This document shows, in pieces, positions 32,489 to 44,319 of a DNA stretch of 64,000 nt (the first letter of the stretch is position 1; each line of letters starts with the position of its first letter). A program made the position numbers and the translations under genes. The DNA comes from Eledone cirrhosa (lineage: Eukaryota). The DNA lies in assembly GCA_964016885.1 (NCBI GenBank), contig CAXHJY010000967.1, positions 124,001 through 188,000 of the forward strand, in the 5' to 3' direction. The notes below the pieces were generated by a model. That model was not told the DNA's origin and did not search any database. It worked only from the letters and a program-made list of their open reading frames with translations.

Positions 32489-33885
32489 TTTTAAAATGGA
32501 TTGAGATTACTTTTTCAATACTTTCTGAGGCTAATGAAATGTACCAAAAACCATACATTAATATACTGAGTCAACTTTTCACTTAATACTTAATATTCTG
32601 ATGCAAGTTAATAAATAGAGGGAACATTAATTATTCCGCCAAATTTTGATCTGCCAACAAAAAGGTAGAATGGCAATATTGGTATGATTAATTGAGATTA
32701 ATTTGAAAAGTATGTTGTTGTTTTTCTTTCCTATAATGGAAACATTCTACATTTCAAGTTATTTTACACTTGGTTATAAATATGAGATTGGTAAAACATT
32801 AAATCTTTTTCACAATTAATATATAATTAATTTATTAAAGTATAATGATCTTAAACAAACTCGGAAACACAAAACTTGCCCTGCAATTGGGTGGAATTTA
32901 ACTGGAAGGCAGAAACTGGAAACACCTTGAAATAAATATGAACAAGAGAAAAGGTAAGAAAAAGGGAAGGTGGCACTTACTTGTTAGAATTCAATGATGT
33001 GAAGTGTCTGGAGAGGTGAAATTGATGCCAGTAAGGGGCAGTAGGTGGCAAAAGGTGAGAGAAACAAGACAAAAAGGAAAGAGAAATGAAGGGAGAGAGA
33101 GAGAGAAAGAGTGAGAAAGGTGGGGTGGAGAGAGAGAAAAGTATAAAAAACCCAGCAAGATGCAGCAATTGACAAACCTAGTATACAGTTGACAGCATTT
33201 TACCGAAAACTATTAGTAAGTAACCTCAAAGTTTAAAAACCATGGCTACTTAATTCTAAAAACTAAATATTAATCACAATGCACCTATATATGTGTGTGT
33301 ATATATATATACAGGATGCTATTTTTCCATATTTAATGAATTTAATATATAAAGATACAACAGTGACCACATACAAGCTCTCCAATATTTCAATTCTATT
33401 AATGAAATAAGGAAATACAAAGGAATATCAGCATATCTACTACTAAAGTAATAGCAAGAAATTATTTTTATAAATTTATGAAGTCAACACCAAGTTGCAG
33501 ATAAATAGTTTATAAAACAATATTATGAAATTATATTCAAAAACAAACTGACTCCACAAACCCAAACATAATCTTGTTTTAAGAAAACATTTCATGAAAT
33601 GAAATTCCTAGAGTTCCTTTAGATAAGTTGAAGATGATATAAAATATTTTCTTAATGCTTACAAAATATACTAGAAAATTTGCTAAGATATTTTTTATTA
33701 ATATGTCTATTAAATTGAAAACAGCATATTTATTGATACAAATTTGTGGAATATTATTGTTTGTTTTTTGATGAATTTTATAACAAATTTTCATTAAATC
33801 TGTTTCAAAGTTGAATTTTTTTTGTGAAGGCTTTATGTTGGTTGACTATTTCGATGACAAGAGCTTTGTAATGACAGCTACACCA

Positions 33886-33955
33886 CACTAATGAAGAACT
33901 GCACTACACTGTACTAGTTACACTAATGAAGAACTGCACTACACTGTACTAGTTA
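33886..33955. repeat. Perfect tandem duplication of a 35-bp unit
   Basis: 2 x CACTAATGAAGAACTGCACTACACTGTACTAGTTA; a similar 26-bp duplication lies at 14505-14556. Confidence 0.9.
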
Positions 33956-35126
33956 AACTTGCTTTTGTTTTAAAAGTTTACAGATTAAATTATTTGTTTT
34001 AATAATATGGAGAACAGCCTAAGCAAGAATAGTGATAATTATAGAAGGTAATTTTTTACATATCTTTAAAAATGAATATGAACTTTTCAAAACATCCTTT
34101 TTCTTAAATTAAAAAAACGACCAAAGGACTAAACCAATTTATTTCTTTGTTAGACTTTTCAATATAACTTCAAGATACAGGGTCTGACTAGTGAGGATTC
34201 TTCAAAGAAAAGAATAGATTTGGTTCTAAATGTAAAGTATATTAAATAATTAAATACAGAGAGAATACCTTACATTAAAATTGACACAATATCCAATACA
34301 TATAACTGAGATGCGATAAGCAGCAATATTTTCTCTAGTGGCAACCTGGTGCATTTGGTAAAGACCCAGGTTTCATTGCCCGACAAGTTGAAGATAGCAG
34401 GCTGTTGTTGTACCAGCCACTTTTTCATAGATTTGTTGTTGAAACCTATATGGGTGTAGACTTCTGGTGCTTTTGGTCCCCTAACTACCTCTCTACACAC
34501 TGTTATTGGGGGAAGTAGAAGGGGGAGATTTGGCAATCAACAGGAGTAAGCCCCAAGAGTTGGAACATTGCCCTCGCTATCCTCTGGGGTAACACTATTC
34601 TGTTCGCTGAAACCATGAAGCAGCATGCACCTCAGGTTCTGGGTGTTGGAGAAGGTTTTCCCACATTGTCCAGAGGAAAATAATGGAAATATATTGCACT
34701 GAAGTGTAAATCTTCATACATAAATTCTGTTCCCTTATATAAAAAAATAAATCAAAATTATGAGCTTTTGATGTTAAAGTATATAAAAAAAAACAACTGT
34801 GATAATGATAACAAGGGTTTAATCTTAATGACATCATTAACAACCTTTATTATCATTATTATTATTATTAAATGTGCTCTCTTATATACACTTTTAATCA
34901 TAGTTATTATCCAATCTAATTGGCTAAAAGAATTATGTAAAATAATTAAGTTATTAGCCATGAAAGGAATGAACTGGAAGAATTTTGAAGAATTGCAATT
35001 AATAGTTTTATTATATTCTGAGAACATAATTTTTAATATATTGGATAACAAAAGATTAAATGTTGAAAATTGATTTTATAATCTACACAGGATAATTTTA
35101 TGTATTTCAGGTTAGCAATTATTATT

Positions 35127-35307
35127 GGTGGATTGGCAGTATTGGTAGAGAGTCGGACACCATGCTTTGACGCATAGAGTTACGGCTCTTGCCATTCTGA
35201 GTTCAAACCCCGCCGAGGTCAACTTTGCCTTTCATCCTTACGGGGTCGATAAAATAAAGTACCAGTAATGTACTGGGTAATTGCTGGCTTTGTGCCAAAA
35301 GTAGAAA
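35127..35307 (+). mobile_element. tRNA-derived SINE, young family
   Basis: Same body; flanked by CAATTATTATT repeats (35116-35126, 35308-35318). Confidence 0.9.
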
Positions 35308-35602
35308 CAATTATTATTTTTGTTGTCCTACTTTAATAAATAATCAGGTTTATAAAAGGCAATGAACTTTAGAGTTTTCTCGAAAGAAACAAAAACCAGA
35401 ATAACTCATTAAACTTAGCCTACTATCAACTATTACTAAAATTATTTAAAAATAAACAATGAACCTCATATATCTTTCATTTTAATTCTAATTTAAAACA
35501 CTGTTGATGTCATACCTTCATCATCATTTCTATCTTCCCTAGTATGAAAATATCTGTTCATAACTCAACTTTTGTCAAATATGTCAATATTGTTATTCAG
35601 TA

Positions 35603-35772
35603 TTGTTAGAGTCGGACGCCATGCTCTGCAGCATGGAGTTACGGGCCTTTATGATCTGAGTTCAAATCATGCGGAGCTTAACTTTGCCTTTCATCCTTAC
35701 AGGGTCGATAAAATAAAGTACCAGTAATACACTGGGATAATTGCTGGCCTTGTGCCAAAAGTAGAAAGAATA
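35603..35772 (+). mobile_element. tRNA-derived SINE, slightly 5'-truncated
   Basis: Same body; TSD GTTATTCAGTA (35592-35602, 35773-35783). Confidence 0.9.
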
Positions 35773-35866
35773 GTTATTCAGTAGCCTCAGTAATAGTTGT
35801 GTGAGATGTAGTATGACTGCCTATATTGCATCTGTTTTGCTGTCAAGTCAATTCATATATCATTAA

Positions 35867-36084
35867 CCTTTTTGATACCAAACCACCTGAAACCAAGTCA
35901 TGTGATACAAACAAGTTATCTTCAAGTGTTTACATTTATCTAAAAAAACAAACTTTGTAGGAACCTTTGTTAAGTTATGCTTCAAACACTAGCTAAATAA
36001 TTAGAGCATTATATTGCTAAATCCCTCCATATTCTTAATTATTTGAAAATCATAGAGTGTCTTACAAATATGGTAACAAAAAGG
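35867..36084. mobile_element. piggyBac-type MITE family B
   Basis: TTAA-CCTTTTTGATACCA...TGGTAACAAAAAGG-TTAA; diverged relatives at ~5745-5980 and ~37955-38185. Confidence 0.75.
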
Positions 36085-36544
36085 TTAAAGATTCTAGTAG
36101 AGGTTTTCACAAAGACAAGTGAAGTAAATTGAATTCAGAACAGCCTTACTGGGCAGCTCAGGATAGAATTAAGACTCAGTGTAGCAAATATTACAATGTA
36201 AGCATCATCCTAATTTTTACATCTGCATTTCCATACTGGCTTGTGGAAAAGATGTTTAGATACATTGTTTTACAGCTGGATGTCTTATCTGCCATCAAAC
36301 CTTTTAGTTTGCCTCCTGCAGTCATTTTATTAAATATGGTTATTTTATATTCATGGTTAATAAAAGATAGTATTAGTAGTAGTCTTCTGAAGTATCACTG
36401 ATACATTTAGAAGTGTGTAGTTGGTGGCACATGTAGTTGTAGGAATTATATAAGTTGGAACTGACTCTACCATGAACTATGACCTCTGAATTTGTAAATG
36501 GTTGTTATTATGTATGTTGTATATAGGTAGAATGAGTAGTATGG

Positions 36545-37720
36545 GCTTACATCAGAGATGGTCACTGAGATGCTAAAAATATCTAGCAAAAAAAGAGTGA
36601 AGTTAATTACTCACGCCATCAACCAGGTAATACATGATGGTATCATACCCAATGACTAGATTAGCAGTATCATAATAAACTGCTACAAAATAAAGGAGGT
36701 ACTCTGGAAAGAAACAACTATAAAGGCATCAAACCATATTTTTAGTGAGACAACTAGAAAAGAAGTTCCTAGCTAAGAGTAAACCACTAAATTTAGCTTC
36801 CATTGATCTGAACACCATGAACTGTAGTTTGAAAACTAGATGTAGATTAATGGCTTGCGAGAGCCAAGCCATGTACAGAGATGTCAGTAAAATGAGAAGT
36901 AGTATTCAGTGTCCATCAAGACTCAGTTCTCAACTTGCCCCTGTTCGTTATAATTTAGCAGGCTATCTGTGGATACTATGGAGAAGAAATTCTAAACATG
37001 GAACCAAAAGGCCTGATTAAAATTAGCAAACATCAAAATGTTGTGAAGTAGGAAAGATAACAGGACCCTACTGTTATCAAAGAAATGGCCTTGCTCAATG
37101 TGCAGAAAAGAAATAAGGAGAAATTCCATAAGCTATAGTTGTACAAGAGGTGTAATTATATCACAAGCTGACTAATAGAAAAAAAAAGAAAGTGTGTGGT
37201 GGTAGATGCATGAAGGTAATTGATTAGTATTTCCCAATCCAAGGAAGGGTCCATAGAGGTAGCTGATAGCTTCTGTGGCGTAGGTGACCAAATTAACAGT
37301 AGAAGGTCCTCTGAAAGCATAGTTGGCAGGCAAAGAACAAGGTTTAAAAAGTTCAAGGATCTATTACTTCTGTTGGCAATGGAGGGATTCTCTCTTCATG
37401 AGTAGGGTAGATTGTATGATGTCTGTGTGCATAGAGCAAAGTTGCATTGTTGTGAAATGTATGAAACGAATGCAGAGATAATGCAAAGGCTTGAAAGAAA
37501 TGAATGAAGCATGCTCCATTCAATGTGCAATACTAAATATGCATGAATGATAAAGCACAGATGAGTTAAGAGAAAAACTTGGATTGAGAGAAATCAGATA
37601 CAGTGTGCAAGAGAAAGAATTGCACTGGTACGGGCATGTAATGTGCATGGATGAAGATCAGTGGGTGAAGAAATACCAAGAAAATCAACATAGTGTATAC
37701 ATTAAAAAAAGAAGATCTGG
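36545..37720 (+). mobile_element. Degenerate RTE LINE fragment
   Basis: Broken frames matching the 23 kb ORF (RQLEKKFLAKSKPLNLASIDL; EGSIEVADSF; LHWYGHVMCM); many stops and deletions. Confidence 0.85.
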
Positions 37721-39665
37721 TGATAGCTAAGAAGATTAGGTCAAAAATATAAAGTACTGCAATATATGCAACATTTTTTAAAAATTTTCAGTAGATATTT
37801 GACTTTGGAAAAAGATTGTACAACAATATCCTATAGATGTTTGAAGTCGAGCTAAATGTTACTAATGTGTATAAAAGATGAAAATTATATGAAATATAAT
37901 AGACTCTCAGATTGACACGACTAACAATAAATGGACACTTTAAGTACATTAACTCTTTTGATACCAAACCACCTCTCTTTCAATGATACAAAACTGTTTG
38001 TTTTAAAGTATTTATATTTATCTCAAAACCTCCAATCATGATTTTATGCAAGAACCTTTAAGTTATATTCCAAACAACAGAAAGTTAATTGTATTACTAA
38101 ATTCCTCAAAATTGTAGATTATTTTCAAAGGGACTTGAAAATCATAGGCAGTGTCTTTCATTAGAAATATGATGAGATAAGAGTTCAATTGTAGCTGAAA
38201 GTTTGATTTTATGGTTTGTTTGATGAGGTAGATAATCTTGTCTCTTGCAAGATTAAATCAACAATGTGGTGAACCAACAATATTTCTCTCAGAGAAAATG
38301 TTTGTAGTGACTAAAAGAACTTTAGGGACTTTTTGAGTAATAGTAACAGATTCTTTCTGATCATAAAACAATGTTTATAGTATCAGAAGTGTGATGTCAA
38401 ATGGCAGTAAGATATGACTACAAAAGATAGATTATTAATTGCTGTTGAGGAATCGGTTGAATATAATTTTCTGAGTGTAGGAAGAGAAGCTGCATGGTTT
38501 AGTGGTTAGGGTGTTCAGCTTATGGTCATAAGGTCATGAGTTTGAGTCCTTGAGCAAAACACTATCCACATTACTCTAGTTAACTCAGGTGATTGAAAGG
38601 GCCAACCTTCACAGACTGCAGCATGCTGAATGTCAGTCACGTGTACATTAATCTGATGAGCAGGTTGTTCTGTTGATCAACCAGTGGAAGACTCATTGTA
38701 AGAGAGGTCCAACAACACAGAAAGACAGACTGAGTAATAGATAAGTTAGGAAAAAATATATGAGAGTGAAGCAAATTTGATGTTTTGGAACAGTGATACG
38801 TATGGATTAATATGGATTAATACATGCTAAAAAATGGAGGATGAACTAGTCCTACTTTTTTCTGTCTCTAGGGGCTTATATGCCCAACTTATTAAACTGA
38901 TTTTCATAGTTGAAAAACGTGTTGAAGTCATTAACTCTAAGTTGACCTAATATTCAAAAATTTGTAACTCACTCATTGGTTCTAAAAATAGATGGTTTAT
39001 TTACATTTGTGGCTGATTGAAAAGCTTAAAAAAGAGAAAGGTGTGGCCACCTCACTTTGGTGTAATGGAAGCACAGCTACATGGCATACAGCAGGTATGA
39101 GTTTGAGTCATACAGGTGACACTGTTCATTTTTTTCATCTCCCAGGGCTTACACGCCCAATTTATTAGACTGTTTTCCATAGTCTAAAAGTGTGTGTTGA
39201 AGCTGTTAACTCTGAGTTAACTTAATATTCAAATATCTGATTTTCTCCCTAAGGATCAACCCATCCTACCCATGCTAGTATGGAAGATGGATGTTAAATG
39301 ACAATGATGATGATATATATATGTATATATATATATATATGATGTGTGTGTGTATATATATATGTATATATATATTATGTTGGTACCATAAAACATCCAG
39401 CCCACACTGTAAAGTGGTTGTGTAGGTGTCACGTAAAAGCACCCAGCCCACACTGTCAATGTGGTGCGCGTTAGGAAGGGCATCCAGCTGTAGAAAACCA
39501 GCCAGAAAAGTCCTATATGAGCGAGAGATGGTCACCCAACCCAACTTGCCTCTAAATGGGACAAACCTGTCTAACCCATGCTAACGTGGAAGACAGATGT
39601 TAAATGATGATATATATATATATATATATTAATTCAAAATATTAATAAATATAGACATTCACGTA

Positions 39666-39750
39666 ATCAAAATATATTTTATTATATATATTTCGGAGGT
39701 ACTGTGCTTTTTTTCAGTACGTCCTCATCAGATAAAATATATAAATTGAT
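39666..39750 (-). ncRNA. Minimal type I hammerhead ribozyme fold (Penelope-like element type)
   Basis: Minus strand: ATATATTTTAT-CTGATGA-GGACGTACTG(aaaaaaagca)CAGTACCTCC-GAAA-TATATA-TA^ATAAAATATAT; 11-bp helix I, helix II with one mismatch, palindromic helix III, intact core. Confidence 0.8.
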
Positions 39751-39984
39751 GTACTGAAAAAACAGGACAGTACCTCCGACATATATCATCATCATCATCA
39801 TTTCATTTTACGTCCGCTTTTTCCCTGCTTGCAAGGGTGGGGCGGGAACTGATTGTGGCTTGATTTCTACAGCTTGATGCCCTTCCTAACACCAACCTCA
39901 TTTACAGTGAGTGCTGGGTGTTTTTTGCCATGGCACCTGCACGATCACTTTGCAGTAGAATGATATGGACCCCAGTCCCTATCA

Positions 39985-40128
39985 TCTCATTTCTACAGCT
40001 GAGTAAACTGGAGCAATGTGAAATAAAGTGTCTTGCTCAAGGAAACAACACATCACCCGGTCTGAGAATTAAACTCACAACCTTTCGATTGCAAGGCCAA
40101 TGCTCTAACCACTAAGCCATGTGCCTCC
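39985..40128 (-). mobile_element. Second tRNA-derived SINE family
   Basis: Minus strand GGAGGCACATGGCTTAGTGGTTAGAGC (A-box)...CCTTGAGCAAGACACTTTATTTCAC; relatives at ~38490-38710 (+), ~44815-45075 (-), ~17750-18040 (-), ~15250-15345 (+). Confidence 0.75.
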
Positions 40129-40495
40129 ATTGTCTATATTTATTAATATTTTGAATTAATATTAATAACTCAAGAAAACTTTTTTGTTGAGTGCTTCTAA
40201 TCTATTGTAAAACTATATTCATTGATTAATCAATGAACCTTGTTTAACTTTTGGTTATATATATATAATGAGAGGTACACACATATGTGCATACATACAT
40301 ACACATGTATATATACACATATACTTTTTCACAAGTATGTGAGATTGTGTGTTGTCGACCTTAACCAGTGTTGCTCTATGATTATGAGAGACAAGATAAT
40401 CGAAGTAATTAAATTGAATCGATATCAGAGCTATGTAACAATTATAAAGTAAGAAGAAATAGTAGACACAGATATATACCTATTCTTTCTTCAGA

Positions 40496-40734
40496 AATCC
40501 TAGTCATTTAGAACATTTAGGGTACATAATTCTTGTTAGTGTCATAGGTAACATGTGGAGAGTCAGGAGTTAAAAAGATGTTCTGCTTAAAAGAACACAA
40601 TTACAGGCAGCACTGGTTGAAAGTGTGTGCTGCCTGTAATTGTGTTCTTTTAAGCAGAACATCTTTTTAACTCCTGACTCTCCACATGTTACCTATGACA
40701 CTAACAACAATTATGTACCCTAATGACTAGGATT
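40496..40734. repeat. Fold-back palindrome, ~110-bp arms
   Basis: Arms 40496-40613 / 40627-40734, near-perfect apart from one ~10-bp indel and one substitution; 13-nt loop. Confidence 0.95.
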
Positions 40735-40760
40735 TTAGTAACATGTTTCGACATTCCCTA

Positions 40761-40813
40761 TGCTCCGATGATTCCAAACTTCCCTCTGGAAGAAACAATT
40801 GTCAGCAAATAAA
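40761..40813 (+). ncRNA. Minimal hammerhead ribozyme fold with one core change (CCGATGA)
   Basis: TGCT-CCGATGA-TTCCA(aacttccctc)TGGAA-GAAA-CAATTG-TC^AGCA followed by AATAAA. Confidence 0.65.
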
Positions 40814-40847
40814 TGTTCTAAACTAAAATTTGATCGTTTTAACACTT

Positions 40848-40886
<39 letters not shown>

Positions 40887-41390
40887 AAATGAGGAGAAGA
40901 ATACTGCATGGTTGCACATGGATAACATGTTATAAAATGAGTCCCTGATCAGTGATTTACCAACGGTCATAGGTATTTCATTGCATTAAAAATCATATAC
41001 CTCACGTTGGCGCAATAATAACTAAAATAAGTTATTAGGACAATTAAAACGCGTAAAGCGAGTGAGACAAGTAAACAACAAAGAGGAAAGCTAACCGAAG
41101 ATAGGAAAAGACACAAACTACATAGTTATTCTATCAGTATAAGCTGGGTGAATATATGAGCGAGTAGAAAATAGACCTTTCGAGATGAATCCGATGTAAG
41201 AAAGAAGGAATCGTTAACGTCGCGAAAGGGGGGAAGTGAGAAGGGGAGAAACAGTGAGTGAGTGAGTGGAAGTGTGAGGAAGAGGTCAGTAGAGAGAAAG
41301 TGTTAACTGACATGACAGAGGGGACGAAAGAAAGTAAGTGAAACAGAGAGAACGAGGGAGCAGTAAGAGAGAGAGAGAGAGAGAGAGAAA

Positions 41391-41434
<44 letters not shown>

Positions 41435-41443
41435 CTTTCAATC

Positions 41444-41683
41444 CATTGAGTGTTCTGTGATTGCCTCAAAACAAATCAAATTGTACATGCTATATATATA
41501 TATAGATAGATATCTTTCTTTATTTGCCACAGGGGCGTACAAAAATGGGACATTACAAGACGTGATGGCGTCTTGTAATGTCACATTTTTGTATACCCCT
41601 GTGGCAAATAAAGAAAGATATCTATCTATATATATAGCAAGTACAATTTGATTTGTTTTGAAGCAATCACAGAACACTCAATG
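41444..41683. repeat. Fold-back palindrome, ~117-bp arms
   Basis: Arms 41444-41562 / 41569-41683; 6-nt loop TGATGG; a few mismatches. Confidence 0.95.
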
Positions 41684-41685
41684 TT

Positions 41686-41716
<31 letters not shown>

Positions 41717-41929
41717 GAAACCAGTAAAAGAATAATCTTAATATGTAGAAACAAAATAGTGTGTTGAGAGAAATGTATATATAAGTGAGATGCAGGCCAA
41801 CAGCCCATTGACACACCCAATAGAAGCGAGATGCAGGCCCCTTGCCCATTTGAGAAGCCAGTAGCTTTACATGAATACTGACCGAGTCTGTGACTTTACT
41901 ACCAAGGAAAACAGATGTTAAATGATAAT

Positions 41930-42115
41930 TGTTTCTTTTTTGGCATAAGGCCAGCAAGTATCCCAGTTCATTACTGGTACTTTATTTTATCAACCCCGTA
42001 AGGATGAAAAGCAAAGTTAACCTCGGCAGGATTTGAACTCAGACTGTAAAGGGCCGTAACTCTATGCCGAAAGCATGGTGTCCGACCCTCTATTGATACT
42101 GCCAATCCACCGCCA
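41930..42115 (-). mobile_element. tRNA-derived SINE, young family
   Basis: Reverse copy; TSD GTTAAATGATAAT (41917-41929, 42116-42128). Confidence 0.92.
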
Positions 42116-42216
42116 GTTAAATGATAATGTTGATGATCATCATATGCTGGCTTTGCCATCAGAAGCAATCAGTTCTCAAGTTCTGTTGCATGTCTATCAT
42201 TTAATATAATAATAAT

Positions 42217-42327
42217 TGTTTCTACGTTAGGCACAAGGCCAGCAATTACCCAGTGCATTACTGGTACTTTATTTTATCGACCCCATAAGGATGAAAGGCA
42301 AAGTTAACCTTGGCGGGATTTGAACTC
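42217..42327 (-). mobile_element. tRNA-derived SINE, 5'-truncated
   Basis: Reverse copy; TSD AATATAATAATAAT (42203-42216, 42328-42341). Confidence 0.9.
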
Positions 42328-42587
42328 AATATAATAATAATGATCTTGTAACTTTTTATAAAATCTAAGTTGGCTATCTCTTATTTGCTCTCTTTCTCCC
42401 ACTCTCACTATTTATTTATTTCTAACTCTTACATCTTTACTAATAAATCCTCGCTTCCTGTTCCTCATAAATGTTCTGCTGAGAGAGAAAGGGAGAGATG
42501 ATGCATAACAGAATACAATTTTTATGACCAGCAAGATAGAGACTGAGAGAAGAAAAGCAGAGAGTTTGATATATCAAGTACTAGAAA

Positions 42588-42646
<59 letters not shown>

Positions 42647-42751
42647 CGGGAGATGCATGGAAAGAGAGATTGAAAAGATGTAGAAAGTGGTTTATTTAAC
42701 ATTTGAACCAGCATTAAATTAACTTTGTTGTTCAGACAACAGTCATATTTC

Positions 42752-42808
<57 letters not shown>

Positions 42809-42811
42809 CAG

Positions 42812-43445
42812 CATCATCATCATTTTTATGCCTGCTTTTCCATGCTTGCATGTGTTGGATAAGTTCTTCTCAGCATAGCATCTTTCAACTTGTCGCGTTC
42901 CTTCGTCATCTCCGCTACCAGTGTTAGTGATTTGAGGCCCACTCTCACAACCTCTTCCCAGGTCTTTCTTGGTCGTCCTCTACTGCGGCGTCCTTCCACT
43001 GGGATTTCCTGACATTTCTTCACCTATCGGTCATTGTCCATACCAACAGTCTTCTCTCCTGCACACCATATCGGATTCCCCTTAAGCCCAGCTTCTCTCT
43101 CAGTCTAAGCTCTGCCTTTCTCTCACATTTACATTGCACATATGACTATACAAGGTTGCGTCATTTTTCTCCAGACTACACATATCCTCTGCAGTCACAG
43201 CCCATGTTTCACTACCATGCAGCATTGTGCACCTCACACAGGTGTCATACAGCCTTCTCGTTGTACGTAGGGAATAACCTTATATTGTCAGCAATGGGAG
43301 TAGTTCTCTAAACCTCTTCTATTCTGTTCTAAATCTAGCTATTATACTCTCAGTGCATCCTCCTCTGCTGTTAATTAGGTCACCTAGATAACAGAAGCTG
43401 TCGACCACTTCTATGGATCCTCCGTGACTGGAAAAGGTTTATATC
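42812..43445 (-). mobile_element. RTE LINE 3' fragment, short-tail subfamily
   Basis: VEGRRSRGRPRKTWEEVV C-terminus running directly into the CATGCAAGCATGG stem and (GAT)n tail. Confidence 0.85.
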
Positions 43446-43464
43446 ATTAGACGTCTTCCTCTCG

Positions 43465-44027
43465 ATTTCCCCTGTGCAAAGTTGATGGAAGCTATGGAGT
43501 AGGAAGATCCATAAGACTTGGGATAAGGTAATAAAAGCTGACCTTGCACAATTGTACCTCTCAAAGGCAATGGCACAGGACCAGGATCTCTGAGTACAGG
43601 CTGAAGCATACATATAATATTCACCTCCAGCCTCCCTTCCAGAACAGTCTGAAACATACATCTGGTATGTACCTCCATCACCTTCATCCCCACTTCCACA
43701 CACTTTCCATGTCCTAACACTCCGGCCCTCACACACACCCATACACCCACCTCCCTAATCCCCATTAAAACCGCCAGCCCACACTGTAAAATGATCGTGA
43801 TGGAGACACAACAAAAAGTGCACAGCTCACACTGTTAGGTGGTTGTGTAGCACAACAAAAAGCACCCAGTACTCACTGTAAATGTGGTTAGTATCAGCCA
43901 TAGAAAAGAAGCCAAAATCGGTTCTGTATGAGCAAAACATGGTCGTCCGACCCCAACTTGCCTCATATAGGACAACCCGTCTAACTCATGCTAGCTTGGA
44001 AAATGAACGTTAAACGGTGATGATGAT
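43465..44027 (+). mobile_element. RTE LINE 3' fragment, long-3'UTR subfamily as at 23 kb
   Basis: KVDGSYGVGRSHKTWDKVIKADLAQLYLSKAM matches the C-terminus of the 23 kb ORF; followed by a similar UTR and AACGTTAAACGGTGATGATG tail. Confidence 0.75.
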
Positions 44028-44319
44028 ATATATGTCATATCATCATCATTATTTAATACCTGTTTTCCATCTAGCAAGAGTTTTGCTATACATATAGACT
44101 GGCAATATGCAATACTGGACTCACCTACCAGCATAAAAACATTACCTTGTCAAATTCCACTACATCTATCATAGATATGACATATTTTCTTACCTCTTCT
44201 TTCCCTGCCACACCCATCATATGCCCATGGCAATACACTTGTTATCCTCCACACATATTGTCCCTTACCAGTGACATACTTCCTTCCTCACACTCCCCAT
44301 TCAGTAGGGAGGGTTTTTC

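Noticed and set aside
33886-33960. CTAATGA...AAAC as a decayed hammerhead
   Set aside because: Both core halves deviate and no helices are supported; kept only as a tandem duplication.
41438-41677. Mirror ORFs with similar peptides on both strands
   Set aside because: A consequence of the DNA palindrome, not coding.
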